A stretch of 64,000 bases of DNA, taken from contig JABCTC010000010.1 of NCBI GenBank assembly GCA_018238545.1, positions 1 to 64,000 on the forward strand, written 5' to 3'. Each line of letters starts with the position of its first letter. Positions within the stretch are counted from its first letter, which is position 1. The DNA comes from Candidatus Heimdallarchaeota archaeon (lineage in GTDB: Archaea > Asgardarchaeota > Heimdallarchaeia > Heimdallarchaeales > Heimdallarchaeaceae). Made by a program: the position numbers and the translations under genes. This document shows, one piece after another, positions 1-9,392 of this stretch. The notes beneath the pieces were generated by a model. The model saw nothing but the letters and a program-made list of their open reading frames with translations, was not told the origin of the DNA and made no database searches.

Positions 1-281
1 AAATTATCTCCAGATGCTTTTTCATCTAAGACTATAAGAAAATCACAATCAGATTCACCAGCGATGTGCTCTGCTGTGACATAACTTCCAATTAGAAGAA
101 GACTCTTAACTTCTTTAGACAATTCCTTTTTGATATCGTTTGTAAATCCATCAACCAGATTTTTGTATTCATCTCGCAATAAGATAGGTCCCATTGGCTT
201 TCCGTCAGGACCAAGTGGTCTGCCATCAGGACCGGCACGACGAATACCGGGACTAGGCGTTTTAGAGGGGGGTGTGCTCAT
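1..281 (-). CDS. Nucleotidyltransferase (Pol-beta superfamily, MNT/AadA-like) domain protein, partial (runs off the left edge)
   Basis: Not in the ORF track. Hand translation from ATG at 281: MSTPPSKTPSPGIRRAGPDGRPLGPDGKPMGPILLRDEY...KSLLLIGSYVTAEHIAGESDCDFLIVLDEK, with an intact hhGS...SDxD NTase motif and a Pro/Gly-rich N-terminus. Confidence 0.75.
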   Translation of the reverse strand, partial: MSTPPSKTPSPGIRRAGPDGRPLGPDGKPMGPILLRDEYKNLVDGFTNDIKKELSKEVKSLLLIGSYVTAEHIAGESDCDFLIVLDEKASGDN

Positions 282-453
282 AGTTAATCACTTGTAAATT
301 TTATTATTGTTTATCGCTAAACAAACAATTGTGGATACTCTCTTAAACTTTACTTAATTTGTAAAAGAAGTGTTGGTTGTTAAATATTTCTCAATATATC
401 AGCTTAAAGTTTATATTGCATAGCATTGTTAATTTCTTACCATAGCTGGTTGT

Positions 454-3354
454 GTGCCCATGCGAAAAAAAGCCAAGCAAACAGAATTTTTAACTCAAAA
501 ATACTTGTGTCCTCATCATCTTTCAGAAGATAAAATAAGTGGGGGACTCAATACTGATATCAGATTTGGTTTACATGATGATGAAGCAGTTAAACGATTA
601 AAACAATATGGTCCTAATGTAATTCCTAAAATCAAAGGATCAATTTGGGAGATATATCTAGCTCCATTGTTTAATTGGTTAATCAATATCTATCTGATTG
701 TTTCTTCTATTCTAATATTCATGGCAATATGGGTAGACGGCGTTATTGGGCAAATTGGCTTTTGGTTAATAATAATTGTTTTCAATATTGGTTTTACAAT
801 TTTTCAACAAATAAGAGCTCAATTCAAATTGGATGCATTACACAAGCTAGCTGCTCCGAGATCTACAGTAATACGAGATGGTGTCCCTAGACAAATAGTT
901 GCTGTAGATTTGGTACCTGGTGACTTAATTGAATTGGATCAAGGAGATAGGGTTCCTGCCGATGCAAGAATAATCTATTCAAGTAATTGTTTAGCAAATG
1001 AAAGCGCATTAACAGGAGAATCGGTAGCTGTTGAAAAGAATCACAAGCCCAAAAATACTCTTCAAGAAGATACTCCTATATCGCTTAGAGTTAATATGCT
1101 CTATACTGGTACATTTGTTGAAGTAGGTAGGGCAAATGCTATAGTAGTAAATACAGGCATTTATACAGAAATTGGAAAATTATCAACAGAATTACAAAAG
1201 ATAGGAACTACAGATATCCCGATTCGAGCTAAAGTAAACAGATTAGCTAAATGGTTGGGATTAACTGTTCTAGCTTATCTGGTGATTTCAATAATATACA
1301 AAACAATCTATTATTACACTATTGGAGGAGATATACCTCTACCAAATCAGATTGTAGATTCTATAACAACTTCAATGGCGATTATGCCTATTAGTATCCC
1401 TCTATTGACGACTTTGATATTACTTACTGGAGTATTATCGATGGCAAAAGACAGAGTGATAATTCGGAATCTTTCTGCGGTAGAGACATTAGGTAGAAGT
1501 TCTGTTCTATGCAGCGATAAAACAGGAACTATAACAACTAATATGATGACTATCCAAAGGATCTGGGATACAAGTCAATTTTATGGTGTGTCAGGAATAG
1601 GATACAGTAACAAAGGTGCTATAGTTCCTCTTGGTGATGAACCGGGAAATTTCTCGGAAGACATGTATATACCTGACACGATAAAACCTTTTGCAGAAGA
1701 TTCAAAATTAGAGTATTTGCTTGTTGGAGGTATGTTAAATAATAATGCTCATTTGATTGTAGAAGAAGTTTTCGAACCTCATCATCAAGTCTCTTGGAAA
1801 ACTACTGGAGATCCTACAGATGGGGCATTTTTAGCATTATTCAATAAATCAGGATTAAATGAGAAGGAAACTAAAAAACAATATGGATACATTATGGAAT
1901 ATAATTTTGATTCAACATTGAAACGAATGAGTAAAACCTATCAAGATAAGGAAGGGTACTCACTTTTTTGCAAAGGTGCAACAGAGACCATTTTACCTTT
2001 ATGTAATAGGATTGGTAGTCCATCAGATTACAAGGAATTAACAGTTGAAGATACTAGGAAAATAAATGATTATGTTAGTGAGTTTGCATCAAAAGGTTAC
2101 AGAGTAATTTCTTTAGCAATAAGACCAATGGATAAAGATACGCTGTTAAGTCATGATAGAGCAGAATCAGAACAAGAATTAATTTACAATGGTTTTGTTT
2201 GTATGTTAGATCCAGCTCGATATGGTGTTGGTGACGCAGTGAATGAGTGTTACAAAGCTGGTGTTACTACAATAATGATAACAGGCGATAGTCCACTGAC
2301 TGCAAAAGCAATTGCTAAAGATGTAGGGATAGTTCAAAAAGATGAACTAGCAATAGAAGGAAATGATATAGCAAAACTTTCAGACGAAGAATTCTTCAAC
2401 ACAAGAATATTTGCAAGAGTTTCCCCACAACATAAACAAGTGATCATAGCAAAATATCAAAGCAAAGGTAAAATCGTATCTATGACAGGTGATGGTGTAA
2501 ATGATTCCTTAGCCCTAACAATGGCTGATGTTGGAATTTGTATGGGAATTGCTGGTACTGAAACAGCGAAACAAGCTTCTGATGTTATCATAGCTGATGA
2601 TAGTTTTACCAGTACTGTTTTAGGTATCAGAGAGGGGAGGGGATTGTTTAACCGCATTAGAATTATGATTTTCTTTTACATTGCATTAAACATAGCTGAA
2701 GCAATTTTATATTTCTCTAGCTCTTTTATTCCTGATTTTGCACTTGTTACAAGTTTTCAGAGAGTTTATATTTTCTCCACTGCTCATTTAATCCCGCCCT
2801 TTGCCTTTATTTTTGATAGTATAACTCAGGAAATAATGGAATATCCTCCAAGAGATGATGAAGACATTTTCAACAGACGCTATATAGGCGCTCTTGTAGT
2901 ACTTGCACTTTCTCTAGCATTCGCAGCTGGATTGATCTACTTCTTAGCCTTTTTTGGTATTATACCTACAACAACTAACCCGTTGAATGAAGTTAGTCTA
3001 CTAGCAGATTTGCAACAAGCTAAAGCAAGAACTATGTTTATTTCAATAATCGTCATTTCAGAAAGTTTAGTTGTGTTAGTGCTACGTCGACTGAACAAAC
3101 CTGTTCATAGATCCATAAAAGAAGATTGGAGATGGGTAGTTATGTTACTTGTAATAATTGTGCCGATTCTACATATTTTCCTAATGTACTCTGGTTGGCT
3201 CCAAGACATTGTTCTCATATTCTTTGATGACCCTTATGTTTTTATGCCACTTGGATTTACGGATTGGTTGATTGTTATAGGTGCAATAGCTATTCCTCTT
3301 ACAGCAATAGAAATTTACAAATGGATTGTCAGAAGGAGGAATAAATACTTCTAG
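454..3354 (+). CDS. P-type ATPase, P2 (SERCA-like) scaffold with atypical transport site
   Basis: TGES, CSDKTGT phosphorylation site, KGATE, MITGD and TGDGVND motifs, about 10 TM segments. TM4 reads PISIP instead of PEGLP. Confidence 0.95.
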   Translation: MPMRKKAKQTEFLTQKYLCPHHLSEDKISGGLNTDIRFGLHDDEAVKRLKQYGPNVIPKIKGSIWEIYLAPLFNWLINIYLIVSSILIFMAIWVDGVIGQIGFWLIIIVFNIGFTIFQQIRAQFKLDALHKLAAPRSTVIRDGVPRQIVAVDLVPGDLIELDQGDRVPADARIIYSSNCLANESALTGESVAVEKNHKPKNTLQEDTPISLRVNMLYTGTFVEVGRANAIVVNTGIYTEIGKLSTELQKIGTTDIPIRAKVNRLAKWLGLTVLAYLVISIIYKTIYYYTIGGDIPLPNQIVDSITTSMAIMPISIPLLTTLILLTGVLSMAKDRVIIRNLSAVETLGRSSVLCSDKTGTITTNMMTIQRIWDTSQFYGVSGIGYSNKGAIVPLGDEPGNFSEDMYIPDTIKPFAEDSKLEYLLVGGMLNNNAHLIVEEVFEPHHQVSWKTTGDPTDGAFLALFNKSGLNEKETKKQYGYIMEYNFDSTLKRMSKTYQDKEGYSLFCKGATETILPLCNRIGSPSDYKELTVEDTRKINDYVSEFASKGYRVISLAIRPMDKDTLLSHDRAESEQELIYNGFVCMLDPARYGVGDAVNECYKAGVTTIMITGDSPLTAKAIAKDVGIVQKDELAIEGNDIAKLSDEEFFNTRIFARVSPQHKQVIIAKYQSKGKIVSMTGDGVNDSLALTMADVGICMGIAGTETAKQASDVIIADDSFTSTVLGIREGRGLFNRIRIMIFFYIALNIAEAILYFSSSFIPDFALVTSFQRVYIFSTAHLIPPFAFIFDSITQEIMEYPPRDDEDIFNRRYIGALVVLALSLAFAAGLIYFLAFFGIIPTTTNPLNEVSLLADLQQAKARTMFISIIVISESLVVLVLRRLNKPVHRSIKEDWRWVVMLLVIIVPILHIFLMYSGWLQDIVLIFFDDPYVFMPLGFTDWLIVIGAIAIPLTAIEIYKWIVRRRNKYF

Positions 3355-3582
3355 TTCTTTCTATCTCTCTCTCTTTTCTTTTTTACACTCTAGTTCTAGA
3401 AAGACTAACTGAAAAAGATGAACAACCTTTGAATGAATTATAACATTATAGAATTTTCAGAAAAGTTGAAACTCTACAGTAAAAACATAGTTTCTTGCTC
3501 GTTTATGAGTTGCTCTTACAAATAGTTTTATAATCAAAAATCGATATATGTAGCTTTAGGGTTCAATCATTTCACAAGCTGA

Positions 3583-4314
3583 TTGCTAATGGATTCAAAT
3601 CACAAAAAGAAACTACTTATTTGCCGCGAAACCGACATTATTTGTACGGGTGGAGTAGTATTCATTGGTGATGGTGCAGTTGGAAAGACTCATACAGCTT
3701 TGAATTTGGCTAGTTATAAGAAAGGATCATTCCATACTGCTGATTGTGCTAACTTATCCAAATCCGTTAATTTGGAATTCGATTACTTCATTCTCTATTC
3801 AAATATTGAAAAATACAAAGTAACTATAAGTTCTCAATTATTCATAATGCCTGGACAGAAAGGGAGAGCTGAAGCTGGGGAAGGATTAGCTTTTGAAGAT
3901 GCGGTTGACATGTACTTCAACGTAAGAAGTATAAATGATGTAATAGCACTAATGTTAACCTATAATCTTGCTGATATTAGAACCTTTCAAAATTTAGAAT
4001 ATTGGTTAAACAGAGCAATTGATCACGAGTTGATCTCAGATTATACTAGCATAATATTACTTGGAACACATCTTGATCATGTTATTTCATCGGATGTTTC
4101 TGCCAATATGGTTGCAGATGGTGAAGTTTTTGTCAGACAAAGAATAGATGATAAACTTGGTATAGATATGGGTTCGGATAGAATAAGTTCAGTGGAGATT
4201 TCTAATTTACATAGAACGGGAATTGATGAACTACAAGATAGCGTGTCAAAAGCCTTCTTCAGGGCATTTGAGATAGAAAAAGTAGTATATGGGGTAATAA
4301 GTCAAGATAATTAG
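3583..4314 (+). CDS. Divergent Ras-superfamily small GTPase
   Basis: G1 GDGAVGKT, G3-like IMPGQ, G4-like GTHLD, G5-like ISNL..TGI. Probable start is the ATG at 3589. Confidence 0.8.
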   Translation: MLMDSNHKKKLLICRETDIICTGGVVFIGDGAVGKTHTALNLASYKKGSFHTADCANLSKSVNLEFDYFILYSNIEKYKVTISSQLFIMPGQKGRAEAGEGLAFEDAVDMYFNVRSINDVIALMLTYNLADIRTFQNLEYWLNRAIDHELISDYTSIILLGTHLDHVISSDVSANMVADGEVFVRQRIDDKLGIDMGSDRISSVEISNLHRTGIDELQDSVSKAFFRAFEIEKVVYGVISQDN

Positions 4315-4453
4315 AAGCTTGCAAATGTAATAATCTTTATTATTTGCATGTTATATTGTTAAATACAATAATAGTACAAAATCTTAATAATTCAGATTAA
4401 AGAAATCTTGCGATAAATTGAGGTATTAGAAATCAAGTCTAGAAGAGGATATC

Positions 4454-7400
4454 ATGTCTAAAAATATGTCAAAATTATTATCAATTTTTATAGTTACATT
4501 ATTCGTCAGTTCACTAATCTATTTTGAACCTTCATTAAATAACGAAAATATAACTGATTCAGTATTTCCTAATGAACCTATTCTTCCAGACAATGATAAT
4601 GAATCTGATGAAAATATAAATGACGAGGATGATAGTGGAACAACTCCTATAAAGAAGTTAGAAATTCCCGGAGACTACAAATCTTTCGCTTTTTTCAGTG
4701 GCGGCGGAACAGAACAAGGACTAGAACTAATCGCTGATCCAGAAGGGGAAGAGCAAATCTACTGGGGTGATTCAAGAGAAAATGTTATCGTATGGGAAAC
4801 ATATGATGATATCAAAGATGATGCTTATTTGGCTAAGGAACTATACTGGAGAGCACTAAGTACAGCATCTCATACTTGGCCTACTCAAGCAAATGTATGG
4901 TTTCATATGCACGAACAAAATTACCCTGATGAACCTTCAAAAATGTTCAGTCCAGTTTTCTCTGAAGATTGGTATATAAGTGGAAGAGTACATTATTTAA
5001 CTTATCTTGAAACGTCAACTTTTTCTGAATCAATAACAATAGGTGTAAGATTAAGTGTTCACCTTTTCAACCCAGCTGATCAAAGCACCTCCTTAATTAC
5101 ATCAACAACATTTACCGTTCCAATATCTTATGCTATGACTCAAAGGACCTTTTCTTCTGACATAGCTTCACCAGTATTAATTCCTGCTGGCTATAGGTTA
5201 AAGTATGACATTGAGTTAAGATTTAGCAGTATCCCTACTACTGGTTCTGTACTAATGTTCACTGGATATCCTGTTGGTGGAGGAGGATCGATGACTTGGA
5301 ATATAGTCGATGGGATTTATTCCAACAGTTATACTTTATTAAACAGAACTAGGATGTCAGGTGTTCAGTTGTACATGAGGAAAGATGTTTATCCCGATAT
5401 ACAGATTTTCAATGCTGTAAATGAGACAGTATATTCTTCAGCTAGAGATATAACAATTGATGTAACAGATGGTTCAACAAGTAGTTTTAGATGGAATGGG
5501 AATCCTGTCTGGACTCCATTTGACAATGATACTTTAACTTCATTGCCTTTAGTACATGGATGGAATACTTTAGAAGTGAAAGCAAGCGATCCAATTTACA
5601 ATAACACGATAGTAGAGCTTTATCAGTTTGGTTATGATGAATCTCCAGTTAATGTTGTTTTAGATAATGCTATAAATAACTCAGTTATAGCTGGTGATTA
5701 TGATCTCCAGTTCAGCGTCTATAATATAACCTCTGCAAAGTATAGGTGGGATGGTAGTGGCCCTCAAATAGATTTCAATTCACCTTATAATATTACGGCA
5801 GATAATTTTGAAGGCTTACATGATTTAAGAATCATTACAACTGATTTCTATACTGAGGAGTCATATTATTACAAGTTCACTTTTGATTCTACGGCACCTA
5901 CCATGATTTTACAATCACCAAGCAATAATACTTTACAAGCTCCAAGAAAATCAATTAATATAGATGTTAACGATTCATCAGGAGTTGACGTAGTTACTTA
6001 TCACTGGGATGCAGATGCGGAAGCACTGTTGAACCTTATTGGTGGTATTACCTATAGAACATTCTTACCCTCTGCAGGAGGGTGGCATGATCTGTATGTT
6101 ACTGCAAATGATACCCATGGAAATCAAGTAACTTCATATTATACTTTCTTTACAGATCCAACCATACTTAATGTAGAATTAAGATATATGATAGATGATT
6201 CATATTTTGTTGGTGGTAATGATGTCGAGGTTACAATAACTTCTTCAAATGATACAATAAAATATCAATGGGATAATGATGTTTTTTGGAAAGATAAACT
6301 TGACGCAGTTTGGGATGGTACATATCTTAAACTTACGAATGTAGAAGGATTGCCTTCAACTCTAGGTGTTCACATTTTAAAAATTCGAACAGGTGATCTT
6401 TCACATGTTGAACATATTTTTACTTTTAAATTCACAGTAGATCAGCAAGCACCAGAGTATGATATTTCTGTGTTCAATTATAGTAATTTAAGATATTTGG
6501 GGTCTGAAGCACTCACGTTTACTGTAACAGACAATTATACACTTTCAGCTGAAATCTTAATGGACATTTCAGTCGATGGAGGATTTAATCAATCTCTATT
6601 GTTTCCTTTCATGCTACCACTATTTTCATTCTTTGATGGTAACCATAGCATTGTGATATATGTTTGGGATGTTGCCGGTAATGTGAACGTGACAACAATA
6701 TATGTTATAGTTGATAACACAGCTCCATATATAGATTATCTTATCACAGAACTAGTCAATTATATTCATGTAGATGGCAATAGATATGTACCAGCAGATG
6801 CTCTAGTTGATGTCACACTAACAGATGCGGATTCAACTCTTTTCAGTTATTATTCAATCAATGGAACAGCATTTTTACCATTCATTTCCGATTTTAATCT
6901 AGGTTTTCTTGAAGGTTTTCTAGAAGTAACTGTAAGAGCAAATGATAGCTTAGGTAATCAATTTGATTTGCTTTTTAGTTTAATTCTTGATAATAGTCCT
7001 CCAACATTGAATCTCATCTTTCCATTTAACTATATTTCAGAAATAAATGACCTAACACCCTTGCAATTCAATACACAAGATCTTTCTGATAAAACAATCG
7101 ATTCAGTTGAATATGAATGGGATATCTTTCCAGGATTCACAGCAAATGCATATCCTGAAACAGATGGCGATTTCGAATTCAAACTGCTCTTATTTATACA
7201 AGATGCTTATGCACCAGGTAGTACTGCACAATTGACATTTTATCTTGAAGATATAGTTGGAAATATTGCTATAACTAAGTATAATTTTACTGTTGATAAA
7301 ACAAAACCAATTGATTCATTCTACATTTTTAATGAAACTATTCTAGACTATGAACACATTAGTCAGTTTTATTATGTACAAGGAAACACAGAAATTATTT

Positions 7401-9292
7401 ATGACAATACAGAAAATGATGATGTTCTTAAGCTGGAATATTATTGGGATGGAAACACATCAGAGGGAGCGGTTATAGTACTTCTGAATGGGACAAACCT
7501 ATTTCCGTGGTTCATAAATGTACCCACAATTGATGGAGAACACAATTTAACAATCAAGCTATATGATAATACAGGCGAAGATCAATATCCAAATATCAGA
7601 ACTGAAACTTATTTCTTAAAAGTCGATGATATAACGATTAACTATATTACACCCACTGATTTTTCAAACAACTACCATACAACAATCTTGTATGAGGAAA
7701 GTTTCAATTTTAGGATAAATGTTACAGATACTTTAGATGGGCAACCTCTTGATAATGTGAATATCTCTTATAACTACGATTCCACCTACAATCTCAGTTT
7801 TGAAATTGTCCAGATTGATAATATAACTTATGATTTTACAATAACGGCTTATAACGTAACAAATGGTTTAGAAACAGAAATTGAATTTTATATCTCTCAA
7901 TATGCTGACCATAAAGATATGATTGTTATACATCTTAGGGTTGATAAGAGAGAAGGGAATTTACTTGTCTTGCAAGGTGGTTATGATAGTCTTTACTATG
8001 ATAGTATAACCAATCTCACACTGCAATTGAATGATCATTTGAACATTTCTGCTCAAGAGATTCTAAGCATTACAGTAAATGGTACTGAAGTATCTTTTCT
8101 ATATTTTTCAGAAAATAAAACAGCAAGTATCTCTCTCTATATACCTGATTTTATTGATAAGCAAGGCAATTATACTTTCGAAATTTACGTAGAGTCCTCA
8201 GAATATTTTGATACAATGATTGATTCCTCTATTATTACTATAGATGTAAAACCAATGTTAGTTCTATTAGATGTATGGGTATTAAATTCAACAATTCTAG
8301 AAGGTAATCCTGTATCAATTATGGCAAATCTAACCTTAACGGATGGAACACCAGTAGCATTTGTGGAAATTTATTTTATAATTTATATCTACCTAAAAAC
8401 CAGTCCAGAACTTCCATCTACGGTTGTTCGACTATCTTTTGAGGATTCTGACTACAATGATACACAACATGCAGATACTGGATCTAATGGTTTGGCATTT
8501 TTATCTTATACTCTGAACTCCAACATTTCTTCAATCAAAATAGAAGCTGGATTTCTGGGTGATGACACACGGGATCAAACACAATTTACATTTGATGGCA
8601 TAGTGATTACATATCCACCTCCTGAAGCTGAAGAGCTCCCTGTCTGGCTATTAGCTTTAATAATAGGTGGAAGCATTTTAATTGCTGGAATCATCTCCTT
8701 CATTATTTACAAAGCTACACGACCTAAACCTTTCGAAGAATTAATGAAGAAAATAACTGATGAGGAAATAGTTCTAAATTATTCTATTCTCTCTCCTGGT
8801 ATTATGTTGTCAATATTTGATCAACGGAAAGGTCCGATTCCATTAGTAACTGATCATTCTTTGAGTGTTGGTCGATACTTGGGAAGAATGCAGATTGGAA
8901 TAGAAAATTTTCTACTTAAAATTGCAGATCAAGCTTATTCCAGCTTAGGTTTTGAGGAACATACCAATGAGAGGAGAGTTGGATCGATAGTACTACCTAG
9001 TGAGAAAATGATCGGATTTTTGCAAGGTATTCAACTAAAGAATCCTCAATCTCGAGGAGGTTTTGAGAATCTTTCTCTGATAGTTCTTGCTGATAGAGAA
9101 TATGGAAACCTACTTCTTAACTACCAAGAGTATCTTTATCCAAAAATAGATGAATTGGAAGTTGCACTCAAAGGTAAAGATACTCTGAAGAAAGTAGAAG
9201 AGTTGATGAAAGAAATCCGTAAGATATCTGTGATAATTGTCCTCGCTGCCCAAAAAGCTGAAAAAGCACAAGAAAACGGAAATAATTCATAA
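4454..9292 (+). CDS. Large single-pass membrane protein: signal/anchor, Ig-like beta-repeat ectodomain, TM helix, cytoplasmic uDENN/longin (folliculin-like) domain
   Basis: Hydrophobic N-terminus. Repeated 'Y.WD', 'G.H.L.....D..GN' and 'D.T.P' Ig-like motifs with many NxS/T sequons. TM LPVWLLALIIGGSILIAGIISFIIY at about 8636-8710, followed by LSIFDQRKGP and LKNPQSRGG. Confidence 0.8.
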   Translation: MSKNMSKLLSIFIVTLFVSSLIYFEPSLNNENITDSVFPNEPILPDNDNESDENINDEDDSGTTPIKKLEIPGDYKSFAFFSGGGTEQGLELIADPEGEEQIYWGDSRENVIVWETYDDIKDDAYLAKELYWRALSTASHTWPTQANVWFHMHEQNYPDEPSKMFSPVFSEDWYISGRVHYLTYLETSTFSESITIGVRLSVHLFNPADQSTSLITSTTFTVPISYAMTQRTFSSDIASPVLIPAGYRLKYDIELRFSSIPTTGSVLMFTGYPVGGGGSMTWNIVDGIYSNSYTLLNRTRMSGVQLYMRKDVYPDIQIFNAVNETVYSSARDITIDVTDGSTSSFRWNGNPVWTPFDNDTLTSLPLVHGWNTLEVKASDPIYNNTIVELYQFGYDESPVNVVLDNAINNSVIAGDYDLQFSVYNITSAKYRWDGSGPQIDFNSPYNITADNFEGLHDLRIITTDFYTEESYYYKFTFDSTAPTMILQSPSNNTLQAPRKSINIDVNDSSGVDVVTYHWDADAEALLNLIGGITYRTFLPSAGGWHDLYVTANDTHGNQVTSYYTFFTDPTILNVELRYMIDDSYFVGGNDVEVTITSSNDTIKYQWDNDVFWKDKLDAVWDGTYLKLTNVEGLPSTLGVHILKIRTGDLSHVEHIFTFKFTVDQQAPEYDISVFNYSNLRYLGSEALTFTVTDNYTLSAEILMDISVDGGFNQSLLFPFMLPLFSFFDGNHSIVIYVWDVAGNVNVTTIYVIVDNTAPYIDYLITELVNYIHVDGNRYVPADALVDVTLTDADSTLFSYYSINGTAFLPFISDFNLGFLEGFLEVTVRANDSLGNQFDLLFSLILDNSPPTLNLIFPFNYISEINDLTPLQFNTQDLSDKTIDSVEYEWDIFPGFTANAYPETDGDFEFKLLLFIQDAYAPGSTAQLTFYLEDIVGNIAITKYNFTVDKTKPIDSFYIFNETILDYEHISQFYYVQGNTEIIYDNTENDDVLKLEYYWDGNTSEGAVIVLLNGTNLFPWFINVPTIDGEHNLTIKLYDNTGEDQYPNIRTETYFLKVDDITINYITPTDFSNNYHTTILYEESFNFRINVTDTLDGQPLDNVNISYNYDSTYNLSFEIVQIDNITYDFTITAYNVTNGLETEIEFYISQYADHKDMIVIHLRVDKREGNLLVLQGGYDSLYYDSITNLTLQLNDHLNISAQEILSITVNGTEVSFLYFSENKTASISLYIPDFIDKQGNYTFEIYVESSEYFDTMIDSSIITIDVKPMLVLLDVWVLNSTILEGNPVSIMANLTLTDGTPVAFVEIYFIIYIYLKTSPELPSTVVRLSFEDSDYNDTQHADTGSNGLAFLSYTLNSNISSIKIEAGFLGDDTRDQTQFTFDGIVITYPPPEAEELPVWLLALIIGGSILIAGIISFIIYKATRPKPFEELMKKITDEEIVLNYSILSPGIMLSIFDQRKGPIPLVTDHSLSVGRYLGRMQIGIENFLLKIADQAYSSLGFEEHTNERRVGSIVLPSEKMIGFLQGIQLKNPQSRGGFENLSLIVLADREYGNLLLNYQEYLYPKIDELEVALKGKDTLKKVEELMKEIRKISVIIVLAAQKAEKAQENGNNS

Positions 9293-9295
9293 CAA

Positions 9296-9311
9296 TTCCC
9301 TTTTTTTTCTC
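9296..9311 (+). terminator. Possible oligo-T archaeal terminator
   Basis: ttcccttttttttctc directly after the stop of the 1612-aa gene. Confidence 0.35.
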
Positions 9312-9392
9312 CAGCCTTCATCGATATATTGATATTTTAATATAACTCTATATTTTTAAAGAGGTCAACAACGCTGTTAGAGGTTACTACTT

